Source: Candidatus Thalassarchaeaceae archaeon (lineage in GTDB: Archaea; Thermoplasmatota; Poseidoniia; Poseidoniales; Thalassarchaeaceae). From it: a stretch of DNA of 64,000 nt. Below the pieces are notes generated by a model. It ran no database searches and was not told the origin of the DNA. It saw nothing but the letters and a program-made list of their open reading frames with translations. Both the position numbers and the translations under genes were made by a program. Positions 20,153 to 29,924 of the stretch are shown here, piece by piece. Numbering within the stretch: the stretch's first letter is position 1; the number at the start of each line of letters is the position of its first letter. Location: NCBI GenBank assembly GCA_943841885.1, contig CALSZZ010000002.1, positions 28,262 through 92,261 on the forward strand, written 5' to 3'.

Positions 20153-21505
20153 ATGCGCGGCAGATTATTAGTACAAAATGCGTTTATGGTCCTTCCTAAT
20201 GGGATTGTTGAGGGAGACCTTCGTATTAGTAACGGCTTAATTGAGACTATAGCACCCTTTGGTGGCCTAAAACCAGTTGTTGGAGAGCATGTCATAGATG
20301 CTACGGGTTTGTACATAATTCCGGGCGCAATTGATCCACATGTTCACTTCAGAGATCCTGGTAATCCGGAAAAAGAAGATTTAGAAAGTGGCAGTAGAGC
20401 TGCCGCGGCAGGGGGAATAACTTCATTTTTGGATATGCCAAATACATATCCAAATGCTACTAATCGTTTATCTCTCGAGGCGAAAATATCATCAGCGGCT
20501 AAAAAAGCAGTAACACATCATGGATTTTTTATTGGGGCTACAACAAATAATATTCCTGATTTACAAAGTGTACAGGGGATGGATGGAGTCTGTGGTATTA
20601 AAATATTCATGGGAAGTAGTACAGGAGATTTACTGGTCCATGAACAAAAGCACTTAGAAAATATTTTTTCAAATACAGGAGGAATTATCGCAACACACGC
20701 AGAGGATGAAAAAAGATTACAATCCAGAATCCCCAAATTTAAACATCGTACAGATATTGCTGCCCATGCAGAGTGTAGGGATGTCGAATGTGCCCTAATT
20801 GCTACCAAAAGGGCCGCTGCTCTAGCAAAAGATTACGATCATCGTTTACATATTGTCCATTTGACTAGTGGAAAAGAAGCAGATTGGTTAACTTCTAATA
20901 AAGGGAATTTGATTACTACAGAAGTTTGCACCCAACATCTAACTTTTGATCAAGATGATGTAGAAAAACTAGGAGCCCGCGCTCTGATGAATCCTCCAAT
21001 AAGATATACTGAAGATAAAGAAAAATTGTGGACTAGACTCAAGGATGGAACAATCGATTGTATTGTAACTGACCATGCGCCTCATACTCTGCAATCAAAA
21101 TCAGTTGGATTTCCAAAGGCTCCTGCTGGAATGCCAGGCGTAGAGACATCCCTTCCTCTAATGCTCACTCATGCTAAAAGTGGAAAATGCTCTATTTCTG
21201 ATGTTGTGAAATGGATGTGTTCTGGGCCAGCAAAAGTCTATGGAATAAAAAATAAAGGCTCCCTAATTGAAGGATTTGATGGTGATTTAACTATAGTTGA
21301 TTTGGAAAATTATAAGCCCATTCAAGATTCAGATACATGGACAAGAGTTGGTTGGACTCCCTATGCAGGTATGGAATTAACAGGATGGCCAATTTATACA
21401 ATTGTAGATGGTATTGTAGTCCATAAACGTGAAATTGGTGGATTATTAAGAGGAAAATCTCTATCTCTTCCCGGTAGTACTGGAAGATTGATAAAATTCA
21501 ACTGA
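20153..21505 (+). CDS. pyrC: Dihydroorotase (cyclic amidohydrolase family)
   Basis: IDPHVHFRDPG, DMPNT, KIFMGSS, HAED, HIVH, MNPPIR, TDHAPH, PAGMPGVET; GGAGG RBS before ATG 20153. Confidence 0.88.
   Translation: MRGRLLVQNAFMVLPNGIVEGDLRISNGLIETIAPFGGLKPVVGEHVIDATGLYIIPGAIDPHVHFRDPGNPEKEDLESGSRAAAAGGITSFLDMPNTYPNATNRLSLEAKISSAAKKAVTHHGFFIGATTNNIPDLQSVQGMDGVCGIKIFMGSSTGDLLVHEQKHLENIFSNTGGIIATHAEDEKRLQSRIPKFKHRTDIAAHAECRDVECALIATKRAAALAKDYDHRLHIVHLTSGKEADWLTSNKGNLITTEVCTQHLTFDQDDVEKLGARALMNPPIRYTEDKEKLWTRLKDGTIDCIVTDHAPHTLQSKSVGFPKAPAGMPGVETSLPLMLTHAKSGKCSISDVVKWMCSGPAKVYGIKNKGSLIEGFDGDLTIVDLENYKPIQDSDTWTRVGWTPYAGMELTGWPIYTIVDGIVVHKREIGGLLRGKSLSLPGSTGRLIKFN
21467..21505 (+). repeat. Direct repeat copy 1 (last 13 codons of pyrC)
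   Basis: CTTCCCGGTAGTACTGGAAGATTGATAAAATTCAACTGA; 35/39 identical to 23181-23219. Confidence 0.92.
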
Positions 21506-21518
21506 ATCTAATGAGGTT

Positions 21519-22490
21519 TTGTGTATGGTCTCAACTCAATTCGAAAATTTATCGAATAAACCTTCATTCAATTTGTGGTATCATCCGTTGTACACAGATG
21601 GAATTCATGATGAAGCACGTTTCCCAAAATATCGATATCAAATGGTACTGAAGATGCTCAAACAATCAAAGGAAATTAAAAAAATATCAATCCAAAAACC
21701 TGATCCAATCTCAAGAAAATCATTACTACTTGCTCATGATGAGAATTATGTTGATGCATTCCTCAAAGGAAAATTAAATGAAAAAGAGATGAGAAGAATT
21801 GGCCTTACTCCTTGGACGCCAAAGATGATAGAACGAACACTTTGCTTGACCGGTGGAGCAGTTAAAGCAACAATTCATGCCATAAAGAACGGTGGAATCA
21901 CAGGAAATATGGCAGGTGGAACTCATCATGCTCACAGAGATTTCGGCTCAGGTTACTGTGTGTTCAACGATCTCGCCATCAGCGCTAAGTACGCTCTTGA
22001 AAATCAAGGATTGAATCGCGTAGTAATTCTAGATCTTGATGTACATCAAGGCGATGGAACAGCAACAATACTGGCTAATGATATTCGAACTCGTACTATT
22101 TCAGTACACTGTTCTACGAACTTTCCATTCCGAAAATCCGTTAGTGATTTTGATTTGCCTATCGAGCCAGAATCAGGTGATGATTTGTACCTTGAAAAAG
22201 TTCGTGAGGCTGTCAAATTAAGTCTAGATTTTGAGCCAGATATCGTCCTTTTCCAAGCAGGGGTTGACGGACTCGAGCATGACCATTTGGGAAAGCTCAA
22301 TGTTACTAAAGAAGGAATGAAAATAAGAAATCAGTACGTTTTTGAGAAGATGCTTGATTACAGAATTCCGACAGTCATTTTCATGGGCGGAGGCTATTCT
22401 AAACCAATTAAGCATACGATTGAATCATTTTATGATTTATTCGTTGATGCATCGATTTGGAATGAGCGCTGGTGGAACCAGTCGATGTAA
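21519..22490 (+). CDS. Histone deacetylase family Zn-dependent amidohydrolase (HDAC11-like)
   Basis: GGTHHAH, SGYCVFND, LDLDVHQGDG, NFPF, QAGVD, MGGGY. Confidence 0.92.
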   Translation: MCMVSTQFENLSNKPSFNLWYHPLYTDGIHDEARFPKYRYQMVLKMLKQSKEIKKISIQKPDPISRKSLLLAHDENYVDAFLKGKLNEKEMRRIGLTPWTPKMIERTLCLTGGAVKATIHAIKNGGITGNMAGGTHHAHRDFGSGYCVFNDLAISAKYALENQGLNRVVILDLDVHQGDGTATILANDIRTRTISVHCSTNFPFRKSVSDFDLPIEPESGDDLYLEKVREAVKLSLDFEPDIVLFQAGVDGLEHDHLGKLNVTKEGMKIRNQYVFEKMLDYRIPTVIFMGGGYSKPIKHTIESFYDLFVDASIWNERWWNQSM

Positions 22491-22589
22491 TACAAAATAG
22501 TAGTTTAAATGATCCTTCATGTTTTAGTCCCTTAGATACAGGGAGGATTGGAACGCTACTCTCTAACAACCTACTAGCCTTGAGAAATC

Positions 22590-22970
22590 TTAGATTAGAG
22601 CTCCAGCCAAACATAGAATAATCAACAATGGAAATACCACGAGTGGAGCTGTTGGAATTTCTTGAAAATAACCTCGTTGTTTAGAAAATAATAGTGTCCC
22701 TAAAATTAACGTAAATGCAGTAGCCATGGCATAAAGCAAATATTCCGTCGCTTCGCCAGATTCAAGAGTATATCCTAGTATTAAACCCATCAAACCCACA
22801 CCACCGAATCCAGCTCCAACTAACATTCTAAGGGATGCAGAATTATGAACTTCATCAGGATGTATCTCCCCAAATACTTCCTCATTAAATTTAATTGGTA
22901 TCATAATTTTTCTTATAGCAATAAGTAAGATTATTGCAGATGAAGGTATAATTGCATATAGGTCGTTCAT
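22590..22970 (-). CDS. Hypothetical four-TM membrane protein
   Basis: MNDLYAIIPSS...; four hydrophobic stretches; ATG at 22970 preferred. Confidence 0.7.
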   Translation of the reverse strand: MNDLYAIIPSSAIILLIAIRKIMIPIKFNEEVFGEIHPDEVHNSASLRMLVGAGFGGVGLMGLILGYTLESGEATEYLLYAMATAFTLILGTLLFSKQRGYFQEIPTAPLVVFPLLIILCLAGALI

Positions 22971-23001
22971 ACTCTCTTGGTTAGAAGGGATATGAAACTT
23001 T

Positions 23002-23180
23002 CTACTGGGTAGCGTGGAGCGGTATCGCAATCAGTCGGTATCTGTGATGCGCATTGGGAGTCAATAGCTTCTCCCTTGCAAGAGATCTCCTGTCAATGCT
23101 CTCGGAGGTGAGGTTTTGATACAGGTTTTGGCTGAGGTTAGGCCAACTGTTGACCAAGGCTTGGTCAATTACTGGCCAAA
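23002..23180 (-). pseudogene. Probable 3' remnant of a gene truncated at the insert junction
   Basis: 58 open codons WPVIDQALVNSWPNLSQNLYQNLTSESIDRRSLAREKLL...ATQ* with no ATG; visibly GC-richer than its flanks. Confidence 0.35.
23141..23177. repeat. Inverted repeat GGCCA-ACTG-TTGACCAAG-G-CTTGGTCAA-TTAC-TGGCC
   Basis: Perfect 9-bp inner arms plus 5-bp outer arms, symmetric, ending 3 nt before direct repeat copy 2. Confidence 0.8.
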
Positions 23181-23219
23181 CTTCCCGGTAGTACTGGAAG
23201 ATTATTGAAATTCAACTAA
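23181..23219 (+). repeat. Direct repeat copy 2 (orphan pyrC 3' end)
   Basis: CTTCCCGGTAGTACTGGAAGATTATTGAAATTCAACTAA, encodes LPGSTGRLLKFN*. Confidence 0.92.
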
Positions 23220-23220
23220 T

Positions 23221-25599
23221 TTAAATTTCAGCAGTATCGCCTTCCGATGATTCATATTCTTCTTCCTCATAGTACCACACAGGAGGTTCTTGACCAGGTA
23301 TTGATAACTCTTCAATCAAAGATATCTTAGAAGTATTATGAACAGTAACGCCGAGAGAAGAGAACGCATAAATAAAATCTCCCATAAATATTGAACGACG
23401 AATACTAGTCGAACTGTGATACCACCAATCATTCTCATTATTATTATAGAATTGTGAATGTTCAATTTCTCCGTGATTTGAAAGGCTTAAATTTTCTATA
23501 TCTACATTGATCAATTTGAGCATTGAAATGTATTCATAATTATAATAATTTGATTCATTATAAAAATATCGATATGTAGAGAGTGGTATTGCCAGTAAGT
23601 CTTCAGGAGCCCAATACGTGAATGCTTTGTGTTCATATGTAGCTTCAGACCATGACCATGACCAACCACAATTGCGAATATCTTCACAATTATCATCAGT
23701 ATATGCAGGAGATACTGACATTGAATCAGCTAAAGTAGGATTGGTTGGTTCGCTTACATCAAAGAGAGAAATCTGAGTAGTGGACCAATCCAATCCTAAA
23801 CCATCTTCGCCGGGACCAATCCCAATAGTCAACAATGTATTTTCATTTACTGGATGAATATATGTCGATACTCCGGGAACTTCCAACTCGCCAAGAATAA
23901 TAGGGTCTAATGGATTTGATAGATCAATAACCCAAAGTGGATCAATATTCTCGAATGTTACTAGATATCCTCTATTTCCTATGAATCTAACACTCCAAAT
24001 TGTCTCATTAGGGGCAATATCGTCTACTATTCCAACCTGAATTAAAGAATTGCAAGATGATATTAAACAATCATTTCCTTCATGTTGTAGAATTGTCACT
24101 TGGTTAGAAGGGCCATTGAAAATAGGTTCTCCATTTTCATCCATTTCACTATCTAACCACCATCTTCCCCAAATATCAGAAGTTGAAGCAATTCTTATCG
24201 AACCTTGGAACTCACTCATCGAGAATTGGTCTTGAACAGTACCAGAAACTCTTCCTGATCCTAAATAAGATGTTGCGTCACTGTCCGAAATGTCGAATGC
24301 ATGGATGTTTGTAGCATCTTCAAAATCATTATTTCTCCAAAACCACCACCAATCTGCAACTGGTTCAGCTAACAATAGAGTATTTCCTGATGAATAAACA
24401 TGAGCCCAACGAGAAGTAATATGGTCTATCTCAAACTCTGTCTCTTCACCTAGTAATTTCATGGTCATTATTGTTGTTAGTCCACGTACTGATGAATTCT
24501 GGCTAGCGGAAAATTCGCTACAATCGTCAGAATATGTTGAAATTTTAGAATACATCGAATCAGAATTCAATGTATACATTTGAGGCACAAAGTCTTCAAG
24601 TGTTAATGAATCAATCACTCTTTGATTCTTGGCAATTGTATCACTTAATGATAGATTCCATAAATCCATTCTTTGTTGAGGGTCAAAGATTTCATAATAA
24701 TAGTCAGGAAGATCAACCCATGTCCTAATACCATCAAAATATGTGTATAAATGCGTTATTGAGCGAACTGTTCCATCCACCAATCTTGCCGTATGATAAT
24801 TTCCTTCAATAAATAACTCTTCTTCAATAATAGGATTATTCTTATCAGTGATATCGATAACAGAATACATTACTAGGCTTTCGTATCTCATGTAAGTATA
24901 AGTTTCATACACGCCATCCGAACCGAGGTATGAATAGCTTTCTTCATGCGCCATTAATTCTAACAATGGATGATTTGACTCCAGATTCCAGTGATTAACT
25001 CCGGATACAATTACTACACGATCACCTTCAAGCATCATCTGCATTGGACTACCTAACATAGACAAACTAGATGTTAGGTTAATTTCACCAAATTCTGGAA
25101 CTCCCATAATCAAAAATTTATTCCCATTCAACATATAGATATAATGACCATCAGTTTTTATGAAATCTGCCTCATCGACTCCTGACTCTTGATTATTTGT
25201 GCTAGAATATTCTCCCTCACGATTACTTGAAGATGAATCAGTTGTTGTACTTTCAGAATTTTCAGCCATCCCGTCTCCTTCAGCAAGTCCCACATCATCA
25301 AACATCCAAAGACCCCTAGGGTTGGGAGACCAATGGTAGTAAGATTGCTGATCTAATTGTACCATCATTTCATCATTTACTGATTTTTTTAAATCATCCA
25401 ATAAATTACTACATTCATTATAATTTACTAACTCTGGAGGGCCATAAATTCGTTCTGATAAGGTTATCTGAGGGTATTCTCCATCTATTTGAGTTATTAT
25501 GTCACTAATATCATCATTTATATCTTCGATAACTCCCAAGCATCCAGAGGAAACTAAAGTAAATAAAACAAAAATACTTGTCAATGGTTTTGAATCCAT
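23221..25599 (-). CDS. Secreted (lipoprotein-like) beta-propeller domain protein
   Basis: SSGCL lipobox-like; YSSTNNQESGVDEADFIKTDG, DQFSMSEF, IWSVRF, VTFENIDPLWVIDLS, GELEVPGVSTYIHP. Confidence 0.85.
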   Translation of the reverse strand: MDSKPLTSIFVLFTLVSSGCLGVIEDINDDISDIITQIDGEYPQITLSERIYGPPELVNYNECSNLLDDLKKSVNDEMMVQLDQQSYYHWSPNPRGLWMFDDVGLAEGDGMAENSESTTTDSSSSNREGEYSSTNNQESGVDEADFIKTDGHYIYMLNGNKFLIMGVPEFGEINLTSSLSMLGSPMQMMLEGDRVVIVSGVNHWNLESNHPLLELMAHEESYSYLGSDGVYETYTYMRYESLVMYSVIDITDKNNPIIEEELFIEGNYHTARLVDGTVRSITHLYTYFDGIRTWVDLPDYYYEIFDPQQRMDLWNLSLSDTIAKNQRVIDSLTLEDFVPQMYTLNSDSMYSKISTYSDDCSEFSASQNSSVRGLTTIMTMKLLGEETEFEIDHITSRWAHVYSSGNTLLLAEPVADWWWFWRNNDFEDATNIHAFDISDSDATSYLGSGRVSGTVQDQFSMSEFQGSIRIASTSDIWGRWWLDSEMDENGEPIFNGPSNQVTILQHEGNDCLISSCNSLIQVGIVDDIAPNETIWSVRFIGNRGYLVTFENIDPLWVIDLSNPLDPIILGELEVPGVSTYIHPVNENTLLTIGIGPGEDGLGLDWSTTQISLFDVSEPTNPTLADSMSVSPAYTDDNCEDIRNCGWSWSWSEATYEHKAFTYWAPEDLLAIPLSTYRYFYNESNYYNYEYISMLKLINVDIENLSLSNHGEIEHSQFYNNNENDWWYHSSTSIRRSIFMGDFIYAFSSLGVTVHNTSKISLIEELSIPGQEPPVWYYEEEEYESSEGDTAEI

Positions 25600-25671
25600 A
25601 ATTTTTCGAACTACTTCTTTTTTATGAATTAGTTGGTTTCATGTGTATCACTATTTTGAGTTGAATAAGAG

Positions 25672-25747
25672 TGGTAGTCCCTCCCGGATTCGAACCAGGG
25701 TCGTGGGATCCAGAACCCCACATGATGGACCACTACACTAAGGGACT
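25672..25747 (-). tRNA. tRNA-Gln (CTG), CCA encoded
   Basis: Reverse complement AGTCCCTTAGTGTAGTGGTCCATCATGTGGGGTTCTGGATCCCACGACCCTGGTTCGAATCCGGGAGGGACTACCA folds as a cloverleaf; A1-U72 as in archaeal tRNA-Gln. Confidence 0.96.
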
Positions 25748-25805
25748 TCAGTTAATCGGAGATGGGGTTTCTATTTCAACAAATCCGAATCTACTATTTC
25801 ATCTA

Positions 25806-26840
25806 TCAAGATCCTCTAAATTTAGCATTAATTTTCACTAGACTTTCTTCACTAGGACGACCTTCTTCTTCATTAAGTTGTGACAAAGGAGTGTCTGTAA
25901 GTCCTAGTGTTTCAGTAGTGGTTGGTATACTTCCATCATAATACAACAATCCTGTCACATGCTTATCATTTTTTTCTGCTTCATGTACCGCAGTAAGAGC
26001 AGAAACCACATTTGTAGTGTCATGATTAGAGCCTATTGTTTCAAGAATTATCTTTGAACCGTCAAATAATTCAATTTCCCTGTAATGTCCCTCTGGTATT
26101 TCTACTTCTTCTATTGGTGAAAAATGAGATATATAATCTACAATATGCAATACTTCATCGTTTTCTTTTACATAGTTGTAGGATCTATATGATTCATCAT
26201 TATTCGCAAAGGTGACGCAGGGGGAAATAACATCAATTATTGCCATCCCTTTGTGACTCATTGCTGCACGTATCAAAGCCGTAAGTTGTTTTTTACTTCC
26301 TGAAAATGAGCGTGCAACAAAACCGCATCCTAGGTTTAACGCCATTGCACAAAGATCAATTGGATTTTGAGAATTTACAGAACCCTTCTTTTTCTTAGAG
26401 CCCTTTTCAACTGTGGCACTGTATTGACCCTTGGTCAATCCATATACACCATTGTTTTCAATGATGTATACCATATCTAGATTTCTGCGTATCGCATGAA
26501 CAAACTGCCCCATTCCAATACTTGCTGTATCTCCATCACCGGAAACAGCAATAAACGCTAAATCTTTATTCACCATATTCGCTCCGGTTGTGACTGATGG
26601 CATTCTACCATGAACCGTGTTAAATCCATGACTTTTTCCCAAAAAGTAAGCGGGAGTTTTTGATGAACAACCTATTCCACTCATTTTTGCTATACCTTCT
26701 GGAGGTAGCCCATTTTCCCAAGCAGCCTGAATGATGACATTAGATATTTGATCGTGTCCGCAGCCCGGGCACAAGGATGATTTACCTCCTTTATACTCAG
26801 ATTTTTCAAGGTCTATTACATTTAGTTTAACAATCGCCAT
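25806..26840 (-). CDS. korB: 2-oxoacid:ferredoxin oxidoreductase beta subunit
   Basis: CPGCGH, SGIGCS, HGR, SGDGD TPP motif, NNGVYGLTKGQ, SPCVTF. Confidence 0.92.
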   Translation of the reverse strand: MAIVKLNVIDLEKSEYKGGKSSLCPGCGHDQISNVIIQAAWENGLPPEGIAKMSGIGCSSKTPAYFLGKSHGFNTVHGRMPSVTTGANMVNKDLAFIAVSGDGDTASIGMGQFVHAIRRNLDMVYIIENNGVYGLTKGQYSATVEKGSKKKKGSVNSQNPIDLCAMALNLGCGFVARSFSGSKKQLTALIRAAMSHKGMAIIDVISPCVTFANNDESYRSYNYVKENDEVLHIVDYISHFSPIEEVEIPEGHYREIELFDGSKIILETIGSNHDTTNVVSALTAVHEAEKNDKHVTGLLYYDGSIPTTTETLGLTDTPLSQLNEEEGRPSEESLVKINAKFRGS

Positions 26841-28639
26841 TATATCTCCTCCATTACTTTAACAATTTTCTCAGAATAAAGTCTTGCCCTTGGAGGCATT
26901 CCATCACTATATGCTACACTATATATTTTATCAAGAAGTGAAGTAGGTAATTCTTTTCTCAATATTCCAAATAGTTGCCCATCTCTATTCATTTCGAGTA
27001 CAATATTGTGGTCATGCCTAGATATAAACGACTCTACTTCGGAATGATAAGGAAGAGCTCTAACTCTACAAGTACTGACTGAAAGGCCTTTAGATTCTAA
27101 AATATCATCAATTTCTCTGATTGTATTCTCCATTGAACCATAAAAAATTATTCCTAAATCCTTTTTCTCTTCTTCACGAAGTATAGGGCCCGGAAGATCA
27201 TCTCTGGATCCCTCAATTTTCCTTTTTAGTCTCTCCATGGTTTTTTGATAAACTATTGGATCTTCAGAATAAATACCATCTTCATCATGGCCAGTTCCAC
27301 GATATAATATAGGGTCTATTCCACTTCCAGGTAAGGTTCTGTAAGGTATTCCATCTCCATCTACATCACGATACCTGCCATAATTTGGTACTGCATCCAA
27401 TTCTTTTTGATTCCGAATTAACTTTCCTCTATCCATTTTTGTTTCAGGATACATAAAACCTTTAGTGGGCCACCTGTTCATTCCTAAATCTAAGTCACTA
27501 AATCCAAAGACCATGGTCTGATATTTTTCCGCATAATCAAAAGCGCGCCAACCAAATTCAAAACACTCATCTACCGTTCCGGGTATTAGGACAATATGTT
27601 GAGTATCTCCATGACTTGCTTCATATAGCATAGATAAATCACCTTGTTGTGTTCTGGTAGGTAATCCGGTCGAAGGGCCAACTCTATTGACATCCCAAAT
27701 AACTCCTGGAACTTCAGCAAAATATGATAATCCAATAAATTCTGACATTAATGATATCCCCGGGCCACTGGTACATGTCATTCCTCTGCCACCTGCCCAG
27801 CCTGCACCCAAAACCATGCCTGCAGCAGCCAATTCATCTTCTGCTTGAATTACGGCACAAGTTATGCCACCATCTTTTGCGGTACGTAATTCTGGTAACC
27901 ATTTAATGATCCCTTCTGCAACCGAGGAAGAGGGAGTAATAGGATACCAGGATAGCATATGTATTCCTCCATAAATAGAACCAAGCGCAGTAGCCTCATT
28001 TCCTTCTATCAGAAAAGTATCAGGATTTTTTGTTCTAGATTCAGCTTTAAATTCTGTTTCAATATCCCAATTTTCTGCTGCAAATATAATTCCTTCATTT
28101 ATGGCTTGCATATTCATTTCGATGGCTTTTTCTTTACCTTTAAATTGAGATTCAACTGCCTTTGTTATGTCTTCAACATCTATTCCAAGTATATGAGCCA
28201 AAGCACCTACATAATACATATTAGCCATCAACTTAGCCATTTTTGGATTAATCCTTCTTGCCATTTTCGTCATAGGCATTCCAAATGCTAAACAATCTTC
28301 TCTTTCAACAGGAAGCTTGACATCTTCATTGTAGATTATTATCGTGCCTGATTCAAGTGCTGCTACATCTTTTTCCCATGTGTCTTTATTCATTATTATC
28401 TGAATATCTGTTTTATCACCAGGGGCTTGATATCCAGCTTCACTTGCACGTATAATGAACCAAGTAGGGAGGCCTGAAATATTGCTTGGGAATAAATTTT
28501 TACCACTGACTGGAATGCCCATTTCAAACATTGTATGTAGAATAATCAAATTAGAAGATTGCGAACCAGTACCATTAGCAGTAGCAATATTTATCACAAA
28601 ATTATTCACATTTGAATTCATCTTTTTTCCTGACTCCAC
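26840..28639 (-). CDS. korA: 2-oxoacid:ferredoxin oxidoreductase alpha (gamma-alpha fusion) subunit
   Basis: NGTGSQS, YPITPSS, QAEDELAA, TSGPGISLM, RVGPSTGLPT; 1-nt overlap with korB. Confidence 0.92.
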   Translation of the reverse strand: MESGKKMNSNVNNFVINIATANGTGSQSSNLIILHTMFEMGIPVSGKNLFPSNISGLPTWFIIRASEAGYQAPGDKTDIQIIMNKDTWEKDVAALESGTIIIYNEDVKLPVEREDCLAFGMPMTKMARRINPKMAKLMANMYYVGALAHILGIDVEDITKAVESQFKGKEKAIEMNMQAINEGIIFAAENWDIETEFKAESRTKNPDTFLIEGNEATALGSIYGGIHMLSWYPITPSSSVAEGIIKWLPELRTAKDGGITCAVIQAEDELAAAGMVLGAGWAGGRGMTCTSGPGISLMSEFIGLSYFAEVPGVIWDVNRVGPSTGLPTRTQQGDLSMLYEASHGDTQHIVLIPGTVDECFEFGWRAFDYAEKYQTMVFGFSDLDLGMNRWPTKGFMYPETKMDRGKLIRNQKELDAVPNYGRYRDVDGDGIPYRTLPGSGIDPILYRGTGHDEDGIYSEDPIVYQKTMERLKRKIEGSRDDLPGPILREEEKKDLGIIFYGSMENTIREIDDILESKGLSVSTCRVRALPYHSEVESFISRHDHNIVLEMNRDGQLFGILRKELPTSLLDKIYSVAYSDGMPPRARLYSEKIVKVMEEI

Positions 28640-28782
28640 TTCAATGACTGAGTAGGACCTTACTCACTAACTAAGTTGCGGGGAAGTTAAGGCTTTAGCC
28701 ATTACCATTAAGATTTCTTTTTTGCTATTTAATCTGAGTATTGTTTCCGTTGGCATTTTGAATGATTAGTTGTCCGCACGCT

Positions 28783-29862
28783 ATGATGCCAGCATCGGAG
28801 ACACTACAAAAAGCCTGGGATGAAGCTAATTCTCTAATAGAAAATGGTGAACCAGAAAAGGCACTAGGAATACTTAGAGATATTGCTTGGTCGGAATGTA
28901 AGAATGATACACAGCGATCACAAACATCTCGTTATGCTGCGGATGCAGGTATGCTTTGGGGAGAAATGGATGCCAACGCTCAAAAGAAGAGATGGCAAAA
29001 AGCGTACAAGAATTATAAAACATCATTGGATTTCAATCCAAAAGATAAAGAAACAAGACGAAGAATGAATAAACTAGCTTCAATGATGGATGAAAATGGA
29101 GTATCTATTAACAGCGGTTTTCAGATGTTTAGCGAAGGTAATCCAACGCCTATTGGAATACTTACGATAGTTGTGGCATCTATGATATTCCTGACTTCTT
29201 TCAAAGTCGTTACGGAAGCAATTGATCCTGATGGTGTCGGTTTATGGAATGCACTTTCAGGAGACGACTCTTCAGATTCTGTTTTATTGAATAGTACTGT
29301 AGTTTTAGAGATATCATATGTAGATTCATCCGATACTCGTGTTGATGTTGATGTTGAAATCGAAATGAAACCAGATTTTGCCCCAATACATGTTGAAAAC
29401 TTTCTAAAACTAACTTCTGATGGGAAATATGATAATACTGAATTTCACAGAATTATAGATGATTTTATGATTCAGGGAGGAGATATAGACCATTTAGAAG
29501 GAAGAGGAGGCTATGCCGGACAATGGTTTGGTTTCTGTGACGGTCAAGCAAGAAATTCTTCTGATGATTGCGATTCTAGTTCATGGACTATCCCTGATGA
29601 AACTTCATCAGAAAATCCTGGACTTTTACATGAAAGTTGCACAATTTCGATGGCCAAAACTAGCCCACCAAATACTGGAGGAAGTCAATTCTTCTTGATT
29701 CCACAAGACAGTGAACCTAGCCACTTAGACGGAGTCCATACGGTATTCGGAAAAATAGTTAGTGGCTGTAATCATATTACTGCAATAAGTGAAGTACCAA
29801 CTACCGGTTCCGATAATCCGGTCAACACCGTTCAGTTGAAAAATGCATATATTATGATATAG
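28783..29862 (+). CDS. Cyclophilin-type peptidyl-prolyl isomerase with N-terminal TPR-like region and TM helix
   Basis: APIHVENF, FHRIIDDFMIQGGD, SMAK, GGSQFF, HLDGVHTVFG. Confidence 0.9.
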   Translation: MMPASETLQKAWDEANSLIENGEPEKALGILRDIAWSECKNDTQRSQTSRYAADAGMLWGEMDANAQKKRWQKAYKNYKTSLDFNPKDKETRRRMNKLASMMDENGVSINSGFQMFSEGNPTPIGILTIVVASMIFLTSFKVVTEAIDPDGVGLWNALSGDDSSDSVLLNSTVVLEISYVDSSDTRVDVDVEIEMKPDFAPIHVENFLKLTSDGKYDNTEFHRIIDDFMIQGGDIDHLEGRGGYAGQWFGFCDGQARNSSDDCDSSSWTIPDETSSENPGLLHESCTISMAKTSPPNTGGSQFFLIPQDSEPSHLDGVHTVFGKIVSGCNHITAISEVPTTGSDNPVNTVQLKNAYIMI

Positions 29863-29924
29863 AAGTAATTACTTGAATAGTAGAGTTAAAATTACTTTAT
29901 GTTCCCGCTTACTTTGAGAGCCAT

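Larger units (their letters stand above)
21506..23180. mobile_element. Putative ~1.7 kb acquired islet inserted at the 3' end of pyrC (no integrase)
   Basis: Bounded by the 39-bp direct repeats; carries HDAC, a membrane gene and a gene remnant. Confidence 0.6.

Noticed and set aside
23137..23177. GTTAGGC (integron GTTRRRY core) next to a hairpin, suggesting an attC site
   Set aside because: No matching RYYYAAC upstream at attC distance, the hairpin lies on the wrong side of the core, and there is no intI or second attC in the window
25600..25672. tRNA-Gln 3' end as an island integration site
   Set aside because: No duplicated tRNA 3' fragment or integrase was seen in the window
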